Shown here piece by piece: positions 11,538 through 21,955 of a DNA stretch of 64,000 bases (positions are counted from its first letter, which is position 1; each line of letters opens with the position of its first letter). The DNA is taken from positions 62,001 to 126,000 of the forward strand of contig CBFFRP010000219.1 of the NCBI GenBank assembly GCA_965644295.1, given 5' to 3'. The translations under genes were made by a program, and so were the position numbers. Source of the DNA: Paraphysomonas bandaiensis (lineage: Eukaryota; Protista; Chrysophyceae). The notes beneath the pieces are model-generated. The model ran no database searches, was not told the origin of the DNA, and saw nothing but the letters and a program-made list of their open reading frames with translations.

Positions 11538-12057
11538 GGGGTCAATCACTTTTCGTTTAGATCACATTACCCAGAATAAGCGAAATGAGAACTACAAATA
11601 AGTAATGGTTCATAATCATAAAACAATAGTTTATAACTAATCCTAGCTCCTTAGATATTCTTTGCTTTTGTATAAGCGTAGTGTGTCTTTGCTTGCTTGT
11701 TTTTTTCGATTGGGAGTGATAACAACCTAAATGTCATTTAATTTAAACAATTTACTATCCAATATATGAAATACTACTTTTGGTAAAAATTGTTTATCTA
11801 ATGAGAGATAGAAATTGCAACTATAAACACAACCAAAAAATGATGTTTTGTGACGATGTTTCTTCGTTTTTGAAACGCCAATTGCTTAAGTGCCATATAT
11901 GATGGTTGGTGTTCGTTCAGCATGGAAAGGGTTAATTAATTAAGATAAGGTATTACAGAACTACCTTTCTAAAAATATGACATCAAACAAATCACACACG
12001 TAAAATACCTTATTAATTAAGTATACATATTATTATTAAAAAGAATATTGTGGTTTA

Positions 12058-13235
12058 TTATCGACTTTCTGTGTCTCTGTTCATAGGTCGATTAAACGCA
12101 GTTACATTTTCAAACATGGATTTCATGATGTTTGTTACGTTGGAAGTGTCCCAACTCAATGGTTGATTGAAGCAAGAAGTCCGAGAAAACATGAAAGTCA
12201 TGTTTTTTACATAGGAAGTGTTCCACTTGAGAGATTGACTGAAAGTACCCTCAGCAAAGTCGGACTCGCACCTTTTCGTGGTGTTCTGGGGGATAAGTAC
12301 CACAGATTTTCTCAGGGAAACTAACGTGAGCCGCAAACATAGTCAGCAGATAATGTTCTGCCCACTCATAGTACACCAATAAATGTCACTTGCTTGTGTA
12401 GACGTCTTTGGGCCCTGACGAATAAACAGGGATCCGGAAATGGGCCCACCTGAAGGGTAACCGGGGTATTGGCCTGCCTGCTGTAGTCAAGCATCCGGGA
12501 TGTTCACCTCTTAACGACTCAGAACGGAAGTGGTTGCTCCTTGGTGCTTGCGGCGACGCACAAGCAGCTTTCGTAGCGTTAAATAGTAGGATAATAGAGT
12601 TTGTACTGATTAGTTACAGGTAGAGGTCTAACTAGGTTGACTAGCATTCATCTAGGTACTAAATCGGTGCAGGCTTTTAACGCCTATTGCTACATAAAAA
12701 ACTTTTAATATGCCTGCAAGTAGAAGCCTAAAAAAACATGAAATCCATATTTGTTACTTAAGTGTCCCTATCCAGATGTTGATTGAATGAAGACGCCGAA
12801 GAAAAAAATACTTGTTTAATTGGAAGCGCTCCAGTTATAAAATTGGTTGAAAAAGAAGCCTTATATATAGTAAACATGAATTCCATGTCTGTTACTTTCA
12901 AAGTGTACAAGTTGAGAGATTGATTATAAAAAGATGCCCCACAAAACATGGAAACCATGGATTTCATGTCTGTTACATTGGAAGTACCCCAGTCCAAAGG
13001 TTGATTGAGATAAGAAGCTCCGGTATACATGGATGCCATATCTCTAACATTTGATGTATTCCATTCTCGAGTGGGTTCATTATAAAAGAATCCATGTCAC
13101 TTGGGAATTATTCCACTTTTCAATTAGACCCAATTATGACTCAAAATGGAAGGGCATTGGTGAATTAATTCGTAGAAATACTCTTGGTACCAAATGCAAA
13201 CGGCGTCACAAAGCGTATCATTATCGAACAAAACA
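12058..13235 (-). pseudogene. DUF285 / BspA-like (PARCEL-type) repeat surface-protein pseudogene, interrupted by a retroelement
   Basis: Repeats WNTSYVKNMTFMF..FNQPLSWDTSNVTN, LNQPLDWGTSNVTDMKSM and YNQSLNLYTLKVTDMEFMF. N-terminal FDNDTLCDAVCIW and GLIEKWNNSQVT. Contains frameshifts, an in-frame TAG and a 463-bp insertion. Confidence 0.8.
12248..12710 (+). mobile_element. 5'-truncated non-LTR retroelement copy (long-body type)
   Basis: Homologous to 27139-27604 and 27690-28164. Flanked by a degenerate TSD: tgactgaaagta (12236-12247) and tgcctgcaagta (12711-12722). Confidence 0.8.
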
Positions 13236-13522
13236 GATAAACCCGAATGGCAATTTGATATATTAGTTGGTTTAATTTAGGGGTGAATTTGGAACCGAGT
13301 CCACTGCATTGGTGGGGTAGCACTGCGCTTACTATAGAGGAGAAGAAGCCATTTTACGGGTGATCAAAATTAATAATGAAAAGGTGGGAGATTTCTTCAT
13401 TTTTTGTGCAATATATTTGTTTGACCAAAGTGATGGTAGACGTTGGTACCAAATAACAAGGTAGACGATACTTTTTTTACACCGAACGAGTACCCCATTT
13501 CCTAATAAAATTTCATCATAAT

Positions 13523-14065
13523 TTACATGTACTCATCATAATGAATTGCCAAAGAAATGTGGGAACAGTTCTGCAAAGGAAAACCTGTATTTTTGTCTCT
13601 GGGTGTAGGGTGCGGTAAAACTCAAACTGCCCTCCGATTTAGTAATTTAAGTACATCATCTCCGTTCACAGTATTTTCAAATTGCTTTCTTCTACTAATA
13701 TGTTTGGGAAAATTTTCATCAATAATTATTGATATATCGCCGCAAAGAAAAGTTTTGCTATAATACGTTTTTGAATAGGCAACTTCAAGACATATAATAT
13801 ATCATTTTGTCACATCATTGCTATCTGTTATCAAAGCCTCCCTCCTAATATTGTCGTCTCTATTATCTTACATTTTGAAAGGTGCTGCTTCTATGTACGG
13901 TCTTTCTTTCCTCTTGACTTTGAACTGCTATAGAATTAAGTTCAGCTCGATCCATAGCGTATACGTAATGATAACATTGTTGCTGTCAGACACCTCAAGC
14001 AAAAATGGAGGCAGATATTGGCCCACAGGTGTCTGACAAATAATAACCAAACACACTCGTCCCAT
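13523..14065 (-). pseudogene. Decayed intronless reading frame of unknown family (181 codons, 4 internal stops)
   Basis: One frame runs from ATG 14065 to TAA 13523 with protein-like composition, interrupted by TAG, TAA, TGA and TGA. Confidence 0.35.
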
Positions 14066-14323
14066 CAGTACTGGGTGTAGTGGTATATCCCTGAAGGGTA
14101 TACCGGCTTAAACTTGCACGCTGTTGTTCGTTGTATAATTATTACTTATTGAGATGGTGATACTTATATTTGGTATCAAATCTCCTTGTTAGAATTACTT
14201 TATTATATTGTGCTTATTTAAAGACAACCAATAAAAAGTAAAATAATATGTTATCTCGAAGCAAGCAAAATTAGTTTTTTGTTGGTTCATTAGTATACTT
14301 AAACACAATATTAACATTATGGC

Positions 14324-16255
14324 TTACTGCCACGCATGGATGCGATCTCTGAGGCCATTCGAATTTGGGAGTTTTTCAATAAAATCAGAACCTGCTACTG
14401 TCGTCACAGGAATATTTTTCCCCCTATACAACATGGACTCCAGTGGTGTTTCAACATGTTTGGATATTAACAGAAGAAACTCCTTAATCACAATATTGCA
14501 CTTTCCACTTTTGTCAATCCTTTCAAATACCTTATCCAGCCCATTGGATGCTTTCTTCAATATTTTTGCCATTTCCGCATCTTTGACACTTCTGTCAACA
14601 CGTCCCATTTTTAGCTGTATATAATACAGATCAAAAGTTTTGTTATCAAATGTGATAAATAGAACAGCATCTACATCCTCAGAAGTTTGATTAAACCATC
14701 GAATATGCCAGTTGATATGTTGGCCTATTAAGCTGAATTTGTTCGATAAACACGGCAACTCTTTAACGAAAACAAGAGAGGCACCCGGTGGAACTTCCTG
14801 CAGGAGGTTATGACTAACAATCATCTCGAGCATCGACATTTCACACTTACGCCCGGGGCTGGGCGATGTGCTCTTGCTGTCGCGAGACCACCCAGTCATG
14901 ATGCCCTCGAGAGCCATCAATTCATATCTATCAACGGACACTTTGCAGAGATTATATACAGCGTACAGCAAGACTGGATACAGCAACTCGATTGTACCTG
15001 GCACAGTCTGGCTTTCGACTAATATTGAATTTTGCAAGTATTGCGATAGCTTGATATTGCGCTGGTTCTCACCATGAAACTTTCCAATTATTTCATTCAC
15101 TCGTCCAAGGTCTAATCCAGACTCATGAAGCCAGGGGTCATACGTTGAGTTTTGAATAAAATCACTAACTGCTAAAAAGCATTCAGAAATTATGATGCGT
15201 AAAGCTGGGTCTTCGTAAAATAGACTAGGAAGGGCAGGTATATTAGCGGCTTCAGTGGGATTCACATAACGATCTCTAAGTGAAGTTAACGTCCTTCCAA
15301 CACCGCCACTGCGGAGAAACAACTGGATAGCGCCTTTCTCACTACACTCCCCAAATTCAAACAATTGAAGCATGCGTATAAATTGATCTTTTTGTCTAAC
15401 GGGGTGCACTTTAACTTCCGTGTAGACACTGTTGTTGAGAGATGTATACCCATCAAAACCACATGTGCTGGGTTGTAGAGCCCACCGGGCAGTGTCTCGA
15501 CTAGAGCCTGCTGCTATGCCAAAACAGTTCATACCTTTTCCCAGTAACGCAATCTGTCCAACTACATCTCGGTTCCACATAATTTTTTCCTTTGTTTCCT
15601 TATCAGCATTGGCAGGCATAATTTCGAAGAGTTTGTGAAACTCGTCCGCAAAGAAAACGATTCCCTTTTCAAGGTCATTTTTAACAAACTCAAAGAGTTG
15701 GTTCATGCTTTCAATACTTTGTTGAATTTCGGCTGACAACAGCTCCAGTGGAGTCCGCCTTAGTTGTCCATTCCTGAAGAATTCCCAATACACAGGAATA
15801 ATATAGTCATCAAGAAATAGCATGAACATAACACAGCTGACAGCCATGATAGTCGTCTTGCCAATACCAACTGGGCCACAATAGATTAAGCTTGAACCCG
15901 TTCCAACCGAGTTGCGTTGTTTCTTTCTCAAAAACTGTTTCAAAGTGAAAGCTGCCATAAGAATGCCGCTCATCGAGTCAGTTGTCTCAGAAGGAAATCT
16001 GGGAGGTAAAGTAAACCCGAATGTGGAATGGATGTATTCGTTTGATGAGAGAAAATCCCACGCTTGATGGAATATGTGAACAAATTGCTCACGATCATCA
16101 CAAGCTCTCAGCGCCACACGGAAAGATCGTGCAATTGAATGCGACTCCGTTCCTCCTCCTCCATCATCGCTAGTCTGTTCTAAATCAGCAGTGAACCATT
16201 CTCGGCACAATCGAATTTTATCTGACGTCACCTCAAGTATTGGCAAATAGAACAT
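14324..16255 (-). CDS. STAND-like P-loop NTPase fused to a PD-(D/E)xK restriction-endonuclease-like domain (Crinkler/CR-effector type)
   Basis: Walker A GPVGIGKTT, Walker B IVFFADE, GSS after the next strand and SGGVGR (GxP-like). C-terminal GRKCE ... DVDAVLF ... YYIQLKMG. Intronless; first ATG at 16255. Confidence 0.7.
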   Translation of the reverse strand: MFYLPILEVTSDKIRLCREWFTADLEQTSDDGGGGTESHSIARSFRVALRACDDREQFVHIFHQAWDFLSSNEYIHSTFGFTLPPRFPSETTDSMSGILMAAFTLKQFLRKKQRNSVGTGSSLIYCGPVGIGKTTIMAVSCVMFMLFLDDYIIPVYWEFFRNGQLRRTPLELLSAEIQQSIESMNQLFEFVKNDLEKGIVFFADEFHKLFEIMPANADKETKEKIMWNRDVVGQIALLGKGMNCFGIAAGSSRDTARWALQPSTCGFDGYTSLNNSVYTEVKVHPVRQKDQFIRMLQLFEFGECSEKGAIQLFLRSGGVGRTLTSLRDRYVNPTEAANIPALPSLFYEDPALRIIISECFLAVSDFIQNSTYDPWLHESGLDLGRVNEIIGKFHGENQRNIKLSQYLQNSILVESQTVPGTIELLYPVLLYAVYNLCKVSVDRYELMALEGIMTGWSRDSKSTSPSPGRKCEMSMLEMIVSHNLLQEVPPGASLVFVKELPCLSNKFSLIGQHINWHIRWFNQTSEDVDAVLFITFDNKTFDLYYIQLKMGRVDRSVKDAEMAKILKKASNGLDKVFERIDKSGKCNIVIKEFLLLISKHVETPLESMLYRGKNIPVTTVAGSDFIEKLPNSNGLRDRIHAWQ

Positions 16256-16383
16256 CCGGCCATTATACAAACAAGTAAGTGAGACGTCGTTCCTTGCTAA
16301 TCAGGCCATGTGTGGATGGGTGTGTACACATACCGCTTCAAATCATCCTCATTTTGCACCTCTTCTAGTTTTAAAAATGATAA

Positions 16384-16445
16384 AAACCCTCCTTTTTCTA
16401 GGAGAAACAGACAAAAAACAATGTTTGTTTAGAAAAGGGGGGTTT
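16384..16445. promoter_or_regulatory. Imperfect palindrome of phased A/T tracts in a divergent intergenic region
   Basis: aaaccctcctttttcta (16384-16400) pairs with tagaaaaggggggttt (16430-16445), with an inner aaacagaca/tgtttgttt stem. Confidence 0.45.
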
Positions 16446-16709
16446 CGTGACATATAGATTCCTAAAAAAGATATCTTCAAGAAAATTCAACTAAAATAAC
16501 CGGTGGGCCGGTTTATCCCAACTGTGGTGACGTTGAGTACACTTGCTGCGATGTCATTGCGATGATGCCCGCTGGCGACGTACATTGCATCACTCCTCCA
16601 CATGGCAACAGTTGCATGTGGTGTATGTGTAGTTGCACGGACTGCCACAATTCTTTGCACTGATAATTCCAGCCCTTCACACTTGTTGATTGCGCTTTGA
16701 TAGCGAAGT

Positions 16710-17945
16710 ATGGCATCAGCTAATGAAGATACCCCAGCATCTTATTCTTTTGCATGTGGGGGCTGGTTGGAATTCTACCTTTTCGGGGTTGCTAAGTACA
16801 TGCAAGAACAGAACCTGCAGAAAGGAGCAACTCTTCTGGGCTGTTCTGCTGGTGCACTGACTGCAGCGGGATTGGCTTGCAATGGCGATTTTGACAAGGC
16901 TGTTGAATATTGTAAGTACAATTGCATACCGCGGGTATATGGGAGATTACTTGGTATATTCAAACTTCACGAGTATGTTAATGATTGCTTGGATTTTGCC
17001 TCCAATCTAAAAGATTATTACACAATTGCCCCTGGAAAACTTCAAGTAGCTATAACAACTCTGCCCTCATTTAAGAAGTCATTGACAACGAGCTACAGCT
17101 CCGCAGAAGACTTAAAGCAATGCCTTCTAGCTTCCTCGGCAGCGTTTCCGTTTGCTCGCTTAGTACACTTACGAGGTGAGTGGTCAGTAGACGGAGGTTT
17201 CACCGACTTTCAGCCGGTAGTAGATAGCTCCACCATCACGATATCACCATTCTACTTCAGTGACACAGATATAAAACCCTCTCGATATGTCCCGCTCTGG
17301 TGGGCTTTATTTCCTCCAAATAATGGTGAGACAGTGGACTGGATATATAATCTCGGCTATGAGGACGCCCGTCGATGGTTCTCGTCGGGTGGGAGAAAGG
17401 CAGAGTGTGACTCTACTTTGTCAGAGCAAACGGGCCCCACAAGATGCAGCCATCCGTTCGATACACCTAGACGCATCTCCATGCATCGATTCCTCGGATT
17501 TGATATTGCCAATGTAACACACTCTTACGTCGCTGCAGCAATGGATCTGTGTCTGTATTTACTGCTTCTCATATTATGGAAACCTTTTTCAGTAGCCCTC
17601 ATTTACGCCGAACTGCTACTTGTGGTTGTTATGCACTCACTGGTGAGTCTTGGACAAGAGCTATACGATATAGGTCCAATGGTTTGTGTTGCGTCTGCAC
17701 TTTTTGCTCCACATCTTAATCTTATCCTCTGGGTTACTGGTTTACTCGTTTTGCACAAAATGGTAATCGTGGGGCCATCTGCTGCCACTAAGCTGTATGA
17801 TATGTGGGAGTGTGTGACGTGCATCGGGTCGCTGTCTCTGTTGCTGAGAATACTTCCGTCGCCACCGTCGGTGGCTCCACCAAACAAGCATAAACATTTG
17901 TCCAAAAGATCTCTTATATATAGGATAGTCAGACACTTTATATGA
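16710..17945 (+). CDS. Patatin-like phospholipase/lipase (PNPLA/ATGL-like) with C-terminal TM segments
   Basis: Oxyanion motif SFACGGW, nucleophile GCSAG and catalytic DGG. Confidence 0.9.
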   Translation: MASANEDTPASYSFACGGWLEFYLFGVAKYMQEQNLQKGATLLGCSAGALTAAGLACNGDFDKAVEYCKYNCIPRVYGRLLGIFKLHEYVNDCLDFASNLKDYYTIAPGKLQVAITTLPSFKKSLTTSYSSAEDLKQCLLASSAAFPFARLVHLRGEWSVDGGFTDFQPVVDSSTITISPFYFSDTDIKPSRYVPLWWALFPPNNGETVDWIYNLGYEDARRWFSSGGRKAECDSTLSEQTGPTRCSHPFDTPRRISMHRFLGFDIANVTHSYVAAAMDLCLYLLLLILWKPFSVALIYAELLLVVVMHSLVSLGQELYDIGPMVCVASALFAPHLNLILWVTGLLVLHKMVIVGPSAATKLYDMWECVTCIGSLSLLLRILPSPPSVAPPNKHKHLSKRSLIYRIVRHFI

Positions 17946-18384
17946 TATATGTTATTCGTGGTTTGTGGTATAATGGAGTATATTTTTAACATGAACAAAT
18001 TGTATTGGCATATTAAAAAAGTATTGTGATATACAGTACATGTCACTACCTTAATTTCGAGAATCACATTACGCTGTCTAAATTGCAGGTAGTTAAATAA
18101 GTAATATATTTTATACTCTTTCTTTTTATGTTAGGAGTACACCATGATTCCATGATTATTATGAGAGAATACAGACCCATTCATATATTATACGTTATAC
18201 GGCAAAAGTGGGATCAGGATATAAATATAAAGGAGTAAGCATAAGTAGAACAACTACACCGTTTACGTATTAATACAAGTTGCGGGTACACGGTGCATTT
18301 AGGCATTAAGGTTTAAGGAAAGAGGATAATGCAAAGAAGTCAATTATACATTCGTCACCATGTGCGTAGTAATCAGGCTTGCGT

Positions 18385-18500
18385 AACAATTAATTGGTGA
18401 CAGGTGTCCAACAATAATAATTGCAATTATTAATCAAGCATCCAATTATTGGCAATGAAATTAATTTGCAATAATGGCCAATTAATGGCCTTCAATATTC
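18385..18500. repeat. CAATTAATTG/ATTGCAAT-rich segment, possibly a DNA-transposon subterminal repeat
   Basis: Clustered caattaattg, aattgcaatt, ccaattattgg and ggccaattaatggcc. The same ataattgcaatta motif directly follows the hAT relic at ~7671-7690. Confidence 0.35.
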
Positions 18501-19004
18501 TACTGCTCGATTTTAAAATAACTTTCTGAACTATAATCTCATTTTCACGAAATTCGTCATAGTCTGAATTCTCCACACTGCCACAATAGTTTTAGATACG
18601 TCCACAACGAAGCCTTCGTCTTAAACTTTGTGTAGTATAAAAAAGCTAAATTCTCAGATGTGGACTTTCTAGAAAGAGTGCTATATATATATCATTCTCT
18701 CCTTAGCATCTGCTTATTATTATGTGACACACATATACTTTCGTCGTGATGTGTGTGTATGTGTTCACCAGTCAATCTGATATCACCATAAATAATATTA
18801 TCTTATTGCTAAAGATGCTAAAGTTGGGATATGCTAAAATATCCTTGAAGTTACACATCAGGAACTGAATTTACTCTATTTATGCTATTATTTTTTTCAC
18901 TCAATAGGACAATATGTACTATGTCATACATCACAACGCAACATTATATATATTATATATAGCCTTACATTGCCGCTTTCTACGACTATGACCTATGACC
19001 TATA

Positions 19005-19462
19005 GACGCTGTCTCCGGCAGCTCCATCTACTCCAGAGGTCCAAAAAGAGCACAGCATCAGTGCCCATACATTCAACGCCTCATTCCACTGCTCTATCCA
19101 ACTCACAGCCTACCCACCTAGAACTCGGTACACTTAGGGGCTTAATACAAACCCTGAGCCCCCTCCTAACCCAGTGGAGTCTCATCCCAAGGGGAGACCT
19201 CTAGATCACACGCGCCGGTGAGTCCCAGGACACACGATCATGGCGAGCCTTATAACACACACTAAGAACGGAGGAAGCGATCGCACCTTGGTGCTTGCGG
19301 CGACGCACAAGCAGCTTCTGTAGCGTTAAATAGTAGGATAAAAGAGTTTGAATTTTGATTAGTTACGGGTAGAGGTCTAACTAGATTGACTAGTATTCTT
19401 CTAGCCACTAATCAGTGCAGTCTTTTAACGCCTATTGCTAAATAATAAGACATTCAATATAT
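19005..19462 (+). mobile_element. 5'-truncated non-LTR retroelement (LINE-like 3' end)
   Basis: Perfect 14-bp TSD acctatgacctata (18991-19004 and 19463-19476). The shared 3' tail ends aataataagacattcaatat. The 5' part is an open frame ending ...LIPRGDL*. Confidence 0.85.
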
Positions 19463-19858
19463 ACCTATGACCTATAACATGACAGAATATACATATTATT
19501 CAATTCAAATGATAAATTAAATTGCGTCGACTCACGACCCAAGATCTACAGCGTATTACTGAATTACACAGAAGTAAACTAGTGCACAAAAAGCGAAACA
19601 GTAATGAAATATATGCAGTTTGTGTGCGCATATGTTTATTCGAGAGACCGGTTACGTTAGAAATAGAAATTTGAACTCGTACAAAACTAAAGAAAATACA
19701 ACAGCTTTCCGTAAATTATGCTGCCCGCAAAGTAGAATAAATCGATGATGATTATTAACAGAATACGCCATTCAGATCCAACATTAAAGAAAAAAGCATA
19801 ACTAAATACACACAAGTTTACTTGCACTTTACAAAAATATCTATTGGCGAGACGACAT

Positions 19859-21511
19859 TCATAACCTCACTTCGTTGATTGAAGCTACGTCAGCACAATC
19901 GTTAGAAATATCCCCATTAGACCCCGTACCCGATGTATATACTGGGCCGGAGAGAGTGCGTTGCGCCCGCAAAATACGGTACGACTTTCTGTGTCCCGGG
20001 TTTTCGGGATTTGGGGCTCCCTGAGGTCTGTATTCTCCGTCTGCTGCAGGAATTTCCCGTAAGTAGGGATGCTTTCCTCCCCAAAATGGATTCGTTTCGT
20101 AGAGATTCGTCATGATGCCACTTCGCTCAGTTTTCAGAATGTTAAACATAGCAGCAGTCTTGACACGCAACTCGGCCTGTTCTTTCCCAACACCTTGATG
20201 TCGGCTGTTGTCTGCATGATCCGTAGACTTCGAACGAGCATACCCCACACTACTATACCACTGTTCTATTGTCGATATGGAGTCGTTCAGAGGTTTCACA
20301 ATAACATCCACCGTCACATAAATTACGCATAAGGTCACTATCCCCACTACAATACCAACTGTGAAGGTCAACCAAAGACTCTGCTCACTTTTGGTAGTAA
20401 TATCATCGAGCAGGTGATCGATGTTCGTTAAGATGCTGTCCCGTTCAACGAAGGTAACAGTGATGAACATACTAAAACTTCCATCCATACGGCGCACAAA
20501 TGCAAAATAGGTTGTCTGCCCCGAAACTATCTCGAAATCTGTACTACTATTAGGTGGCGTACGGCGTATATGGTTCCAATCTCTACGAGATATCACAGGG
20601 CGGCGAAGGTCAGCATACGTGTAGGGGTGGGACATTACTTCTCCGTCCCGTATATACTCACTAGTGTTCCATTCCATATCTACAATTACCTCTCCAGAAA
20701 CCATAAAAAGACTTGTTTTTCCCCCATATAAGGCCTCAGGGATCCGCTGAAGAGTAGCCAAGGGAAGATCCGCAGCCGCTACCCCATATACACGGCCATC
20801 ACCAGTAGAGTTACGGACGGTGTGAGCTACCGTAAGTACCCATCCCTGATCATTGTAGTCAATATATGGTGGGGTGTAGACATTTCGTCCTGGGTATTTC
20901 ATGGCGAGTTTGTACCATGGACGCTGTCGAGGGTCGTAAACTTTCTGACCGCGGTGCAGTGACACGAATGGGTAACTACGCGTCATTCCATCGTCAAGAC
21001 CAACATACGAGGATGATACTCCCTGGTTGTCACGGAGAAGAGGGACAAAAAATGTATCCAAGAAAGAAGTGTGATCTCTTCGTTGTTTCTGGCTAGATGT
21101 AAGGTTGGCGTAATCCTCTTCAGCTACAAAATTAGGATAATAAAAAGATGATGACAAATCTTGGTAAGTAACATTAACGTAATCTGGATAACTTGGAAGT
21201 GGATCGAGTGCATAATCAGGTCTATTTGCATCTTCTGTAGCAAGTGTAATCAGACCCACACAGCCGAATGTGGCTCTAGTAAAATGAGAAAAATAAGATA
21301 TGGAGTTGCGTGTGACATATGTTCGACTCTGTCGCTTAACAGCATCGATAAGAATATCTTTAGCCGTCCTGAATATGAACAGATCCGTGCCATACACACC
21401 ATACGCTGTACAAAAAGTAACGAATATAATGATGAACATTGCAAGAGACATGAGAATAGTCAGCATCTGGGTCTTAAGGGACAAATCCGACCACTTCGTC
21501 ATACTCAGCAT
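19859..21511 (-). CDS. Membrane sensor: TM - dCache_1 (amino-acid-binding type) - TM - HAMP-like - short tail
   Basis: YDPRQRPWY-x15-Y-x31-D motif, two hydrophobic helices flanking it, and IVKPL...E...L..M HAMP-like segment after TM2. Intronless. Confidence 0.8.
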   Translation of the reverse strand: MLSMTKWSDLSLKTQMLTILMSLAMFIIIFVTFCTAYGVYGTDLFIFRTAKDILIDAVKRQSRTYVTRNSISYFSHFTRATFGCVGLITLATEDANRPDYALDPLPSYPDYVNVTYQDLSSSFYYPNFVAEEDYANLTSSQKQRRDHTSFLDTFFVPLLRDNQGVSSSYVGLDDGMTRSYPFVSLHRGQKVYDPRQRPWYKLAMKYPGRNVYTPPYIDYNDQGWVLTVAHTVRNSTGDGRVYGVAAADLPLATLQRIPEALYGGKTSLFMVSGEVIVDMEWNTSEYIRDGEVMSHPYTYADLRRPVISRRDWNHIRRTPPNSSTDFEIVSGQTTYFAFVRRMDGSFSMFITVTFVERDSILTNIDHLLDDITTKSEQSLWLTFTVGIVVGIVTLCVIYVTVDVIVKPLNDSISTIEQWYSSVGYARSKSTDHADNSRHQGVGKEQAELRVKTAAMFNILKTERSGIMTNLYETNPFWGGKHPYLREIPAADGEYRPQGAPNPENPGHRKSYRILRAQRTLSGPVYTSGTGSNGDISNDCADVASINEVRL

Positions 21512-21955
21512 ACCGGATATACTACTTGACTACCCAATGTTCATAAATGATGACTCTTTGTGGTATCTAATGAGCATTGTTTGGATCATGGGCCCATCTC
21601 ATGATTTAATGATGATATGATGAGGTCTGATACTGTACTGCTGTACCATGGTGTACATGTGAAAACATACGAAAAACAACACCGAAAATTTCATTTTTTC
21701 CGGAAAATATCTTGTTTTCTAGTGAAAAAACAGCACTTCTCAAGATTTTACACTGACAAAGTAGGTTTATCGACACTGGAGCAGCTGTACTGTACTCTGC
21801 TGTGTATGTACAGTGTATTATACATATAGCTATCTGGATATGGAGCGATGGAGGACTCCAGCATGCGTAAGTTGTTGGATCTGGAATCAGTGCAGCGGTA
21901 TCATCTAGAAGCCCTCTGACACAGTAATAATCGAACGAAATTCGCAGTAGTGAAT

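Noticed and set aside
12248-12330. tRNA-derived SINE head or tRNA genes
   Set aside because: No A/B boxes or cloverleaf found. The GGTTCGA hits I noticed elsewhere have no tRNA context.
12410-12470. Hammerhead-ribozyme-like CTGACGA...GAAA in the retroelement body (also at 27290 and 27893)
   Set aside because: Stem II cannot form, CCCTG pairs with the downstream CAGGG instead, and no stem I closes a cleavage triplet.
13523-14065. In-frame stops as a sign of stop-codon reassignment
   Set aside because: All three stop types occur, and intact genes in the window terminate normally at TAA, TAG and TGA. Decay is the simpler explanation.
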